From the NCBI GenBank assembly GCA_019115745.1, contig DXDA01000019.1:6233-70232 (forward strand): 64,000 bases of DNA. The letters are read 5' to 3'. This DNA comes from Candidatus Alistipes intestinigallinarum. Its GTDB lineage: Bacteria; Bacteroidota; Bacteroidia; Bacteroidales; Rikenellaceae. The notes below the pieces were generated by a model. The model saw only the letters and a program-made list of their open reading frames with translations, was not told the DNA's origin and searched no databases. Below are positions 18,896 through 28,942 of the stretch, piece by piece; position 1 is the first letter of the stretch; each line of letters begins with the position of its first letter. Both the position numbers and the translations under genes were made by a program.

Positions 18896-19456
18896 ATGAA
18901 TCAAAAAAATATATCCGATTCTCTGTTGATTTCGGCGCTCCGGAACGGAGACATAGATAGTTATAAAACTATCTATGCGAAGTACTACGCCAAGGTGCGC
19001 GGCTTCGCACTCCGGCTGACCCGGACCGAATGGATTGCCGACGAAATAACCCAGAATGTCTTTGTCAAGATCTGGACCCACCGCGACTCACTGGTGGTAT
19101 GCGAACAGGGCGGCAACCTCAACGGATATATCTTCATGATCGCCAAAAACGAGGTCGTCAACTACTACCGTTCCCGCCAACAGATCATCGCCTACCAGAA
19201 GGACTTCGTGGAGGATGTGCGGATCGAGGCCCGCATCGACGAATCGATCGATTCGAAACGCCTGGCCGCAGTCATCGAGCGCATCGTCGCCGCCCTGCCG
19301 CGAACACGCCGTGAGGTCTTCATCATGAGCCGTTACCGCCACATGAGCAACGCCGAGATCGCCCTCCACCTGGGGATTTCGAAACGCACGGTCGAGAAAC
19401 ACATCAGCCTCGTACTGGAAAAACTGCGCATGGAGCTCGCCACGTTCCTGCCCTGA
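18896..19456 (+). CDS. ECF-type RNA polymerase sigma-70 factor
   Basis: ADEITQNVFVKIW and LPRTRREVFIMSR...EIALHLGISKRTVEKH; -7 element TACATTTG at 18859. ATG at 18896. Confidence 0.93.
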   Translation: MNQKNISDSLLISALRNGDIDSYKTIYAKYYAKVRGFALRLTRTEWIADEITQNVFVKIWTHRDSLVVCEQGGNLNGYIFMIAKNEVVNYYRSRQQIIAYQKDFVEDVRIEARIDESIDSKRLAAVIERIVAALPRTRREVFIMSRYRHMSNAEIALHLGISKRTVEKHISLVLEKLRMELATFLP

Positions 19457-19582
19457 CCGTCCGAGACTCACTCCCGGCATTTTGAAACGGAGCCAGAAGC
19501 CTCCACCCATACAACACTCTGACAATCTTATCCTTACAGGTATTCCACACACCCGGAAAAGTCTGAAAACCGCTCCGACAAG

Positions 19583-19634
19583 AAAAAAATTACACGCCGG
19601 ATTACGTATGCCCGGGCGTTTCCGCGTATTATTA
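19583..19634 (+). promoter_or_regulatory. Putative ECF-sigma-dependent promoter of the second fecR-susCD operon
   Basis: A-tract followed by TTACGTA...GCGTATT upstream of fecR; same layout as the element at about 11.0 kb. Confidence 0.4.
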
Positions 19635-19673
19635 TCGAAGATGAGAAAGGCATCAAACATCAAACAGGAACCC

Positions 19674-20654
19674 ATGACCGACCATCGGAATACGGAGAGT
19701 CCGGACCGCCAGTCTGAAGCGTTCATGCAGGCGGTCGAAAAGGGCGACACCCATCGAATCGAGGAGCTGCTTCTGCAGGAAGAGGAGGATCGGTTCGAGG
19801 ATGAATTACGCGCCTTGTGGAACGAGCCCTCCGGGGACGTCGAAGCCCACGAAATCGAAGATGCATTCCGCTCCTTCAAGCGTCGCGTGCGCCCGTTGCA
19901 CCACCTGAAGCTGAAGAGCCTGCTGCGCCATGTCGCAGCCGCCGCGGCCGTCATAGCCATCGCAGTCCTGTGGTGGCAGAACCGCCACGGGGAGGTCCGG
20001 ATCATCGAGACCCAATGGGTCGAATGTACGGTCCCCTACGGCCAGACCCGCGAGCTGACCCTCGCCGACGGTACGCAACTGTGGCTCAACGCCGGATCCC
20101 GCGTACTCTATCCCACGACGTTCCCCGGTGCGGAGCGACGCGTCTACGTCTCGGGCGAAGTCTGTTTCGATGTGACCAAAGACCCGAACCGACCCTTCTT
20201 CGTCCAGGCCGACGGTACGGAGATCCGCGTGCTGGGCACGCGTTTCAACGTCAAGTCCTACCTGGATGAACCGGAAGTGACGACAACCCTGATGAGCGGC
20301 TCCATCGAGATGCGCCTGCCCGACTCGGAGGAGACCTACCGCCTGACTCCGGGCAAAACACTCCGGTTCAACCGCATGACGGGCGACATCGCCCTCTTCT
20401 CCACGCCCGAATACAACTATCCCGCCTGGTTCCGCGGCGAATTCAACTTCTACAACATGCCGCTGCGGGACATCACGGCCGAACTGGAGCGCAAGTTCGA
20501 CGTGCGCATCATCATCCGGACTCCGGAGATCGGCGATTTGCGGTTCTTCGCCGGGTTCGTGAACAACGAATCCGTCGACGAGATTCTGGCAGCACTCAAC
20601 ATTCAGAAACAGTTCCGGATCGAACGCCGGGGCGACATCATCGACCTCTACTGA
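19674..20654 (+). CDS. FecR family anti-sigma factor
   Basis: LADGTQLWLNAGS, GEVCFDV and IRVLGTRFNV motifs. Start is 19674 or 19641. Confidence 0.92.
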   Translation: MTDHRNTESPDRQSEAFMQAVEKGDTHRIEELLLQEEEDRFEDELRALWNEPSGDVEAHEIEDAFRSFKRRVRPLHHLKLKSLLRHVAAAAAVIAIAVLWWQNRHGEVRIIETQWVECTVPYGQTRELTLADGTQLWLNAGSRVLYPTTFPGAERRVYVSGEVCFDVTKDPNRPFFVQADGTEIRVLGTRFNVKSYLDEPEVTTTLMSGSIEMRLPDSEETYRLTPGKTLRFNRMTGDIALFSTPEYNYPAWFRGEFNFYNMPLRDITAELERKFDVRIIIRTPEIGDLRFFAGFVNNESVDEILAALNIQKQFRIERRGDIIDLY

Positions 20655-20794
20655 AACACAATCATCAAAAACAACTGAAAAACCCGATTACGAACCTTTA
20701 AAAAAACCGAAAACACCAAACAGAAAGTACCGAACACCCACCCTTAGCCTTTCTCCGAAACCGATCTCAACACCAACCGCTAAAACGACCCTTA

Positions 20795-23700
20795 ATGAAG
20801 AAGACTTCCACAAATGGAGGTTTTCCGGGAGGTACTTTGCTCGGAAAACTCCTGGCTGTCCTGCTCGCGGCACACCTGTTTCTGCCGGTCACGGCGCAAA
20901 ACCGGAAACCGGTCAGTGTCAACGTGCAGAATGCGACCATCGAACACGTGATCAGCACCCTGAAAACCCAATACGGATTTTCGTTCGTCATTCCCAGCGA
21001 CGAGATCGATCTCACGCGCCGGGTGACACTCAACCTGCAACAACGCCCCATCGACGAAGTGCTCGGCATCCTGTTCGCAGATCAACCCGTGCACATCGAA
21101 TTCCTCGGCCGAAACGTCATCCGCATCAGCCGCAAGATCGAACCGCCCGCCTCGACGCTCGTTTCGGGCCGGGTTGTCGACGAACAGCAGCAGCCGATCA
21201 TCGGCGCGAGCGTCGTGGTCCCCGGAACCACCATCGGAGTCAGCACCGACATCGAAGGCCGGTTCTCCATAGATCCGGGCCCGAACCGGCGGCTGCGCAT
21301 CTCCTACATCGGCTACGCAACGCAGGAGGTCAGCATTCCGGCCTCGCAGACAACGCTTGAAATCACACTCCGCTCCGAAGAGACCGACATCGAGAACATC
21401 GTGGTCGTCGGTTATACGCCGATGCGCAAAAGCGACTTCACGGGAGCCATCGCCAGCGTCAAGGCCAGCGAACTCTCCACAACCACCGCCACCGTAGGCC
21501 AGTCGCTCGCGGGACGTATCGCGGGTGTGGAGGTGCGCCAGACAAGCGGAGCCCCGGGCGACGGAGTCCAGATCCGCATCCGCGGCGTCAACTCCTTCTC
21601 GGCGAGCTCCGAACCGCTCTACGTGATCGACGGATACCCGGCCTCGGAGGATGTATATATCAATCCGGGCGACATCGAGTCGATCGACGTGCTGAAGGAT
21701 GCGGCATCGGCGGCGATCTACGGATCCCGGGGAGCCAGCGGTGTGGTTCTCATCACCACCAAACGCGGATCGGCGGGACAAACCCGCGTCTCGTATGACT
21801 TCACCGTCGGCATCCAGCAGGTAGAGCGCAAACTCGAACTGCTCAATGCCGTTCAGTTCCGGGACCTGCTCATCGAGGCGCGGAACTGCTCCTACCGGAC
21901 CAAGGCTTTGGCCGCCGGGCTGAACTGGAGTCCCTACGACGACAACAGCGTCAGAACCGCCAAGGGTTTCTCGCTTTCGGAGGTGGGTATTCCGGAGGAT
22001 TTCTTCGATTTCACCACGGGGCAGCCCGTAACCCCGGCCTACGATACCGACTGGCAGGACGCCATCTTCTCCAATGCCCTGACCATGCGCCACAACGTCC
22101 AGGTCTCGGGAGGCAAGGATTTTCTGGCCTACATGGTCAGCGTCGGCTATCTTTCGCAGGAGGGTATCATCGACCCCTCGGACCACACGCGGACCAACGT
22201 GCGGGTCAACCTCGACGCCAAGGTAACCAAGAAGCTGACCCTGCAGACCAACTTTTCGATGTACGACGTTCAGAACCGTGAAGTCTCGGCCGCCGGCCGC
22301 TGGATCAACGACGGCGTGATCCAGAGTGCCCTGATGATGCTTCCCGGCTCACCGGTCTACAACGCCGACGGCTCCTACGCCACGGGCTACATGATCGGGC
22401 TGAGTGCCGACGGATGGGGCATCAACGGGGCCGAAAACCCCGTGGCGCTGGCCCATGAGCTCGACATCCGGAGCAAGTCGCAACGCACGTCGGCCAATGC
22501 GACACTCAACTTCGAAGTCATCGAGGGGCTCAACCTGAAGGCCAACCTCGGAATGCAGTTCTACAACTACCGCTACAACTACTACCGCCCCCGCTCGATC
22601 GGGCGGAACTCCGACCTGGCAAACAGTGCCGGCATCGAAACCTACGTAAAGGCCGAGAGCCAGTTTGACCACGACGTCGACCGTCTGGGCGAGTTCACGG
22701 CCAACTACAAGAAAGAGTTCGGGCGCCACCGCCTCGACCTGCTGGCGGGATACACCATGCAGAAAAAGACCTACGACCGGGAGGTTATCGAGGCCACCGG
22801 CATGGCCGACGACCGCATCCACGAAATCACGGCACACGGTTCGGCCGCCTCGGACGTGACGATCAGCAGCAGCACGCGGAAAGCCTCCTGGACCATGCTC
22901 TCCTATCTGGCGCGCGTGAACTACGCCTTCGATGACCGCTACGTCATCACCGGGACGTTCCGGGCCGACGGCTCCTCGAAATTCGGACCCGACAACCGTT
23001 GGGGCTATTTCCCGTCGATCTCTGCAGGATGGACTCTCTCGAACGAGCCGTGGCTCAAAAACCTCTTCGGGAACGACACCTCGCTCAAGCTCCGGGCTTC
23101 ATGGGGTCTGAGCGGCAACAACGACATCGGCAATTACGAGCACCTGGCCGTCCTCGAAAGCGGAGGCTATGCCGAAGGCTCCTCGGCCGGCGCCGCCTAT
23201 TGGGAGTCGAGCTTCACGGACGGAATGCTGGGCTGGGAGACCACCTCGCAGGTGAACGTCGGGGTCGACCTGAGTCTCTTCCGCGGGCGCTTCAACCTGA
23301 TCGCCAACTTCTACGACAGCCGCACGCGCGACCTGCTCTACACGCAGCCCGTCTCGGGCATTTCGGGTTCCACGAGCGTCGTGACGAACGTCGACGGAGC
23401 GCTGCTGCGCAACCGCGGCGTGGACCTGCAGATCGACGCCCGGCTCCTTACCGGCGCCGTGAAGTGGAACGTCAGCGGAAACATCTCGTTCAACCGCAAC
23501 AAGGTGCTCTCGCTGGGCAGTCTGGAGGACATATACAGCGTCGGGGAGCGCAGCGTAACGAGCTATGTCACCCGGGTGGGACTTCCCATCGGTTCGTTCT
23601 TCGGATACCAGGTCAACGGCATCATCTCCGAAGCCGACATGGTCAACATCCGGGAGGATGCGAAATACTACGACGCCACCAGCAAGAGTTTTCCCGAGGG

Positions 23701-24334
23701 GTACCGGATGAAGGGTCCGGCCGTACCATCGTACAGCGCGGCGGAAGCGGGCGACGTGCTGTGGGCCGACACCAACTCGGACGGCGTCATCGACGAGAAC
23801 GACCGCACCGTGCTGGGAAATGCCTATCCGAAGTTCACGGCGGGCTTCAACACCTCGCTGTCGTGGAAGAACATCGACCTGGGAGTGGTTCTCACGGGCT
23901 CCTACGGGGCTTCGGTCATCAATTTCCAGAAATACTATCTCTACAACATGGAGGGTTCGAGCAACCAGCTCATCTCGGCCATGGACCGCTACCACTCCGA
24001 CAGCGATCCGGGACGCAACAACGTCTTCCGCGCCGCACGCCACTCGACGACCAACGTCTCGCAACGCATCAGTTCACAGTTCGTCGACGACGCCTCCTAC
24101 CTGCGCATCTCGAACATCTCGCTGGGCTACACCTTCCCGCAGAGGCTGATTTCGAAGCTGCGGATGCAGCAACTGCGGATCTACGCCTCGATCGACAACG
24201 TCTGGACCTTCACCGACTATGAGGGCTACAACCCCGAGGTTTCATACAAGAGTTCGAACCTGCTCCCGGGATTCGACTGGGGCTGTTACCCGCTGTCACG
24301 CACCTACAGCCTCGGCGTGCGCATCACCTTTTAA
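20795..24334 (+). CDS. SusC/RagA TonB-dependent transporter with STN domain
   Basis: EPLYVIDG, LKDAASAAIYGSRGASGVVLITTK, DGSSKFG and C-terminal ITF. Confidence 0.96.
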   Translation: MKKTSTNGGFPGGTLLGKLLAVLLAAHLFLPVTAQNRKPVSVNVQNATIEHVISTLKTQYGFSFVIPSDEIDLTRRVTLNLQQRPIDEVLGILFADQPVHIEFLGRNVIRISRKIEPPASTLVSGRVVDEQQQPIIGASVVVPGTTIGVSTDIEGRFSIDPGPNRRLRISYIGYATQEVSIPASQTTLEITLRSEETDIENIVVVGYTPMRKSDFTGAIASVKASELSTTTATVGQSLAGRIAGVEVRQTSGAPGDGVQIRIRGVNSFSASSEPLYVIDGYPASEDVYINPGDIESIDVLKDAASAAIYGSRGASGVVLITTKRGSAGQTRVSYDFTVGIQQVERKLELLNAVQFRDLLIEARNCSYRTKALAAGLNWSPYDDNSVRTAKGFSLSEVGIPEDFFDFTTGQPVTPAYDTDWQDAIFSNALTMRHNVQVSGGKDFLAYMVSVGYLSQEGIIDPSDHTRTNVRVNLDAKVTKKLTLQTNFSMYDVQNREVSAAGRWINDGVIQSALMMLPGSPVYNADGSYATGYMIGLSADGWGINGAENPVALAHELDIRSKSQRTSANATLNFEVIEGLNLKANLGMQFYNYRYNYYRPRSIGRNSDLANSAGIETYVKAESQFDHDVDRLGEFTANYKKEFGRHRLDLLAGYTMQKKTYDREVIEATGMADDRIHEITAHGSAASDVTISSSTRKASWTMLSYLARVNYAFDDRYVITGTFRADGSSKFGPDNRWGYFPSISAGWTLSNEPWLKNLFGNDTSLKLRASWGLSGNNDIGNYEHLAVLESGGYAEGSSAGAAYWESSFTDGMLGWETTSQVNVGVDLSLFRGRFNLIANFYDSRTRDLLYTQPVSGISGSTSVVTNVDGALLRNRGVDLQIDARLLTGAVKWNVSGNISFNRNKVLSLGSLEDIYSVGERSVTSYVTRVGLPIGSFFGYQVNGIISEADMVNIREDAKYYDATSKSFPEGYRMKGPAVPSYSAAEAGDVLWADTNSDGVIDENDRTVLGNAYPKFTAGFNTSLSWKNIDLGVVLTGSYGASVINFQKYYLYNMEGSSNQLISAMDRYHSDSDPGRNNVFRAARHSTTNVSQRISSQFVDDASYLRISNISLGYTFPQRLISKLRMQQLRIYASIDNVWTFTDYEGYNPEVSYKSSNLLPGFDWGCYPLSRTYSLGVRITF

Positions 24335-24346
24335 AACGATCCAACG

Positions 24347-25828
24347 ATGAAAAGATCTTTCAGCATCATCTGTCTTGCGGTTCTGTTTTGCAGTTGCGCG
24401 GATTTCCTCAGCGAAACGGACCCCAATGCCGTGACGACCGAGTCCTATTACATAAATACGGAAGATGTGGAGATGTCGGTCCGCGGCTGTTACAACGCGC
24501 TCTATGAGGATGGTTATTTCGGCATGATGTATCTCTACACCGAGGTACGTTCGGACAACACCACCTGGCAGATTCCCGGAGCCAACAACGGCGTGTACTA
24601 CCAGTTCCACGACTACACGCTGCGCACCGACAACACCTATCTGTATACCCATTATACGGGGCTTTACCTCTGCATCAGCCGCTGCAACACCGTTCTGGCA
24701 CACATCGACGACGTCGCCTGGAGCGATTCGCAGCGACGGGAGCAGCTCGAAGCCGAAGTTCGCTTTCTGAGGGCCTTGAGTTACTACTACCTGGTCGCAC
24801 AATGGGGCGACGTGCCGTGCATCACGCGGACCTTCGCCACGAAAGACGAAGTGCAGGCCGCCACGAAACGCGACCCCAAGGCGCGGATCTACGAAACCAT
24901 CGGTACGGACCTCGACTACGTGCTGACGAGCCCGCTGGAGGAGGTGAACAGTGCGGCAACGGTGGGCCGGGCCTCGAAAGCCGCCGCCGCTGCGCTCTAT
25001 GGCAAGGTGCTGCTCACGCAGGCCGCCGACGAGGATTTCGCCGCCGACAGCGAAGCACTGGTGGACAAGGCCTGCGAAAAACTGACCTATGCCTGGGAAA
25101 CCCGGAGTTTCGAGTCGTTGACGGAGATCGACTACGCCTCGCTCTGGAATCTCGACAGCCAGAAAAACTGCAAGGAGCATATCTTCCAGGTCAACTACCT
25201 GAGCGGCAACGAGCAGTTGGGATCGGAGTATGCCTGGCGCTTCCAGCCCGAGGCCACCACGGGGCTCAACTCGAACAAGGCCGGACAGGGACACAACATC
25301 TTCGAGCAGAACCTCATCGACGAATTCGAAGCGGGGGACAAACGTGCTGTAGCCACCTATGCCTACTACGCCTCCGCGGACATCTACTACTGCACGAAGT
25401 ACGTCGATCTGGTATGCGGAGCGAGCGGATACGGCGGCAACAACTGGATCGTATTCCGCTATGCCGACGTACTGCTGATGCTCGCCGAAGCGGAGTACCT
25501 GCAAGGCAACGAAACGTCGGCCGTCAAGCGCATCAACGAGGTTCGGGCCCGGGCGGGTCTTCCCGATTACGACCCGGATTACGTTCCGAGTGATCCCGAA
25601 GAAACGGTCCGCACGGTCTGGGAGCAACTGATCCACGAACGGCGCTGCGAATTCGCCGGTGAGAACCAACGCTGGTTCGACCTCGTCCGCATGTATCCGA
25701 AGGAGGAGTTGATCGCCCTGATGCAAAGCCGCAACGGCAACTTCGGCGAAAAGGATCTGCTCCTGCCGATCCCCAATACGGAGTACCTGCTCAACCCCTC
25801 GGGCATGTACCAGAACCCGGGCTATTAA
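24347..25828 (+). CDS. SusD/RagB family lipoprotein
   Basis: Lipobox FCSC-ADFL; EVRFLRA, RYADVLLMLAEA, ERRCEFAGENQRWFDL and QNPGY motifs. Confidence 0.95.
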   Translation: MKRSFSIICLAVLFCSCADFLSETDPNAVTTESYYINTEDVEMSVRGCYNALYEDGYFGMMYLYTEVRSDNTTWQIPGANNGVYYQFHDYTLRTDNTYLYTHYTGLYLCISRCNTVLAHIDDVAWSDSQRREQLEAEVRFLRALSYYYLVAQWGDVPCITRTFATKDEVQAATKRDPKARIYETIGTDLDYVLTSPLEEVNSAATVGRASKAAAAALYGKVLLTQAADEDFAADSEALVDKACEKLTYAWETRSFESLTEIDYASLWNLDSQKNCKEHIFQVNYLSGNEQLGSEYAWRFQPEATTGLNSNKAGQGHNIFEQNLIDEFEAGDKRAVATYAYYASADIYYCTKYVDLVCGASGYGGNNWIVFRYADVLLMLAEAEYLQGNETSAVKRINEVRARAGLPDYDPDYVPSDPEETVRTVWEQLIHERRCEFAGENQRWFDLVRMYPKEELIALMQSRNGNFGEKDLLLPIPNTEYLLNPSGMYQNPGY

Positions 25829-25845
25829 TCTAAGATCTGCGAAAC

Positions 25846-27072
25846 ATGATACGAATACTCAAATATGCAAGTGCCATGTGGCTTCTCCTCGCGTTGAACG
25901 GATGCGGAGAGGACCGGGCAACTACGATCAACCTCGAAACGCGCGACTTCGCCATCGAGACGAGCAACTCCACGCCGGCAAGCATGGAGTCTGTCCGCCT
26001 GGGGCTTGTGGCCATCGACGCACAGGGCAACCGGAGCGATGCCGCGCTGCTCGACGACATCACCCGCGTGGAGTGGGACTTCGGCGACGGAACCCGGCAA
26101 ACGACCGATGCGGGCTCGGCGTTCCGGCACCAGTATGCCGCCGAAGGGAACTATACGATCACCGTGCGCGTCACGCTCGCCTCGGGTGAAACCCGCACCG
26201 ACACCTCCTTCATTCAGGTTGCCGGGCGCAGTCTCCGCTACGAAATGGAGCAATACAACGGCGACAGGGTTTGGATCATGGCTCACCGGGGACGTTACGA
26301 TGACATGGCCCGGGAGGGGATTCCGGAGAACACCGTGGAGGCCTTTCTCCGTTGCGTGGAGCTGGGGTGCGTGGACATCATCGAGACCGATGTGCGGACA
26401 ACGAAGGACGGACGGCTGGTCGTCTGCCACGACAACACGACCATCAACGCTGCCAACGGCGGCGGATTTATCAAGGACATGACGCTCAAGCAGGTACAGG
26501 CCTTCAAGCTCTACGACCGGCAGGGGAATATCACCGACCATACGTTCAATACGCTGGAGGAGGTTCTGGAGGCGTGCCGCGGCAAGGTGTGGCTCAAGAT
26601 CGACAAGACGGTGGACAACGACATCGACCTGATCTACGAAACGGTGCGTGCGTACGGGATGCTCGACCAGGTTCTCTTCTATTTCAGCCAGGCCCAGAAC
26701 ACCGAGGATGACAGCGACCTGGTGAACAACAGCGAGGAGTGCATCGAAATCCTCAACGGATACAGTCCCGAAGCGCTGTTGCACCCCCACAGCAATTCGC
26801 TCGCCTGGTTCAACCTCTACGACGGCACCCCCAACGTCCGGTCGTTCGAGATCTCGACGTCCTATGCCATGCAGGCCGGGAACGAAACGGTCAAGGCCAT
26901 GCGGGACAAGGGCTACATCGTGATGACCAACCTGATGGACAACTACGACGCCAACTTCATCTCCGGAGACACCTCCGTCGTCGACGCGTTCCTCGAAAAC
27001 GGCTGCAATGTGATCCAGACCGATGTCTGTGTTACGCTGGACCGTTATCTGCGCAACATCGGACGACGCTAA
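25846..27072 (+). CDS. PKD domain plus glycerophosphodiester phosphodiesterase lipoprotein
   Basis: Lipobox LNGC; WDFGDG PKD motif; intact GDPD motifs AHRG, PENT, ETDV, CHD and IQTD. Confidence 0.9.
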   Translation: MIRILKYASAMWLLLALNGCGEDRATTINLETRDFAIETSNSTPASMESVRLGLVAIDAQGNRSDAALLDDITRVEWDFGDGTRQTTDAGSAFRHQYAAEGNYTITVRVTLASGETRTDTSFIQVAGRSLRYEMEQYNGDRVWIMAHRGRYDDMAREGIPENTVEAFLRCVELGCVDIIETDVRTTKDGRLVVCHDNTTINAANGGGFIKDMTLKQVQAFKLYDRQGNITDHTFNTLEEVLEACRGKVWLKIDKTVDNDIDLIYETVRAYGMLDQVLFYFSQAQNTEDDSDLVNNSEECIEILNGYSPEALLHPHSNSLAWFNLYDGTPNVRSFEISTSYAMQAGNETVKAMRDKGYIVMTNLMDNYDANFISGDTSVVDAFLENGCNVIQTDVCVTLDRYLRNIGRR

Positions 27073-27095
27073 CCCCACCTTAAAACGACACGACC

Positions 27096-28922
27096 ATGAT
27101 AAGCATGAACACATTGAAACACGGCATTTCCACCGTCCTGCTCCTGCTCGGCGCAGCCTGCTCGTCGGACAATACGACCGACGCTCCCCGGGCCGTTCTG
27201 ACCGTCGGGATCTCGATCGATGGCGAGGAGTTCCGCCAGGGAGAACCGATTCAGTTCTACGGCAACGCCGAGGTGGAAAACGGCGAAATTGCCAGTTACT
27301 TCTGGCACTTCGGATTCCGCGGCGACGAAACCAACCACGCCGAGGTGCAGAATCCGCTGGTGACATTCCCGGCGGGCGGGAACTTCACGGTGAAGTTTAC
27401 GGTCACGAGCCGCGACGGTGCCGTAGCCACCGCCACCCGGGAGATCTACGTCATTCCGGACAACATGCGCCCGACAGCCGCTTTCGCCTGGGAACCCGCA
27501 GAGATCATTGCCGGCAGTCCCGTTCGCTTCTCCGACGCTTCGTTCGACACCGACGGCGAGGTGGTTGCCTGGCACTGGGATTTCGGTGACGAAAGCACCT
27601 CCGAAGAGCAAAACCCGGAACACACCTATGCCAGCGAAGGTTTCTACATGGTGACGCTCTCCGTCACCGACGACCTGGGCGGCACGGCCGAGAAACAATC
27701 CACGATCCGCGTCATCTCGGGAACTCCCGAGAAGCAGTGGAACATTCTCTGGAGCAAGGATTTCGCCACCGGAGGATCGCTGGCCACCGTATCGGCGGCC
27801 GTAGGCGACGACGCGCGGATCTATGCTCTGTCGACCCTCGGGCAATTGTATGCCTACGACCGCGACGGCAACCAGTTGTGGAGTTTCGACCTGACGCAAA
27901 ACGGCACGGTACTCTCCACCGAACGGCTCGCAACCCCCTCGGTAGATACCGACGGTACGGTGTATGTGCCCGTAGGAAACGGAGTCAGCGGATCGAACGG
28001 CTACCTCTATGCCATTGACGGGGCGACAGGCAGCGAGAAGTGGAGACTGCTGCTCGACGACGGGGCCTTCCCCGACCTGCAGGCCCCCGTCATCACCACC
28101 TCCTACGTGGCAATCGGAAATCACGGCACCAACGGTACGTTCCGGATCATCGACAAGGCCACGGGAACGGTAAAATACGCCGCACAACCCTCGGGAGGCG
28201 TCTACGGAGGCATCTGCGCCACGCGCACCGACGTCTTCTTCTCCTGCGCCAAGAACGACCGGGGATACTTCACCTACCTGCCCGAGAACGGCGACTGGCT
28301 GATGTCCACGCTCTCGAACAACTACGGGTACGGGCACAGCGGAAAATACACCAACCCGGCCCTTGACGATGCCGGAAACCTCTACCTGGCGATGTGCGAA
28401 GGCACGAGCGAAAAGGGATACATCGCATGTTACGTTACGGAAGAGTTCGACGACACGGCTCCGGTACAGGCCACGTGGAGCTACACGACCGAAGCACCCG
28501 TCACCGTAGGCGGCTGCGTCCTGGGAGCCGGCGGCGAAGTATATGCATTGACGGAGAGCACCTCCACGTCGCGCGGAGAGCTGATCGCACTCTCGGCCTC
28601 GGGAGCCAGGCTCTGGAGCTATCCCACCCCGGAACCAGCCTCGGGAGTTCCGGCCGTGGACAGCGACGGAAACATCCACTACTGCGACAAGGCGGGCTAC
28701 TATACGGTGCTCACCTCCGGAGGCGAGGAGCTCTACCGGGAGAAGATCGCCGATGCCATGGAGACCTCGCCGGTCATCTCGGATTACGGCATCGTCTACG
28801 TGCTCGGGCAGTCCGGAGGCAACTGCCGCCTGTATGCCATCGACATCGGCATCGCAGGCCCGGCCGACTCTCCGTGGCCGCAGCGCGGACAAAATGCACG
28901 TCACAGTTCCGTACAGCGTTAA
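27096..28922 (+). CDS. Lipoprotein with two PKD domains and a PQQ-like/BamB-type beta-propeller (paralog 1)
   Basis: Lipobox GAAC; WHFG and WDFGD PKD motifs; repeated LYA.D..G...W and TPSVDTDGTVY blade motifs. Confidence 0.8.
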   Translation: MISMNTLKHGISTVLLLLGAACSSDNTTDAPRAVLTVGISIDGEEFRQGEPIQFYGNAEVENGEIASYFWHFGFRGDETNHAEVQNPLVTFPAGGNFTVKFTVTSRDGAVATATREIYVIPDNMRPTAAFAWEPAEIIAGSPVRFSDASFDTDGEVVAWHWDFGDESTSEEQNPEHTYASEGFYMVTLSVTDDLGGTAEKQSTIRVISGTPEKQWNILWSKDFATGGSLATVSAAVGDDARIYALSTLGQLYAYDRDGNQLWSFDLTQNGTVLSTERLATPSVDTDGTVYVPVGNGVSGSNGYLYAIDGATGSEKWRLLLDDGAFPDLQAPVITTSYVAIGNHGTNGTFRIIDKATGTVKYAAQPSGGVYGGICATRTDVFFSCAKNDRGYFTYLPENGDWLMSTLSNNYGYGHSGKYTNPALDDAGNLYLAMCEGTSEKGYIACYVTEEFDDTAPVQATWSYTTEAPVTVGGCVLGAGGEVYALTESTSTSRGELIALSASGARLWSYPTPEPASGVPAVDSDGNIHYCDKAGYYTVLTSGGEELYREKIADAMETSPVISDYGIVYVLGQSGGNCRLYAIDIGIAGPADSPWPQRGQNARHSSVQR

Positions 28923-28942
28923 CAGCCAACAATCGACGAATC

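Noticed and set aside
20655-20794. A/C-rich fecR-susC spacer as an sRNA or uORF (also the GC hairpin at about 9810-9825)
   Set aside because: No + strand ATG ORF and no stable terminator; nothing supports more than an unstructured leader.
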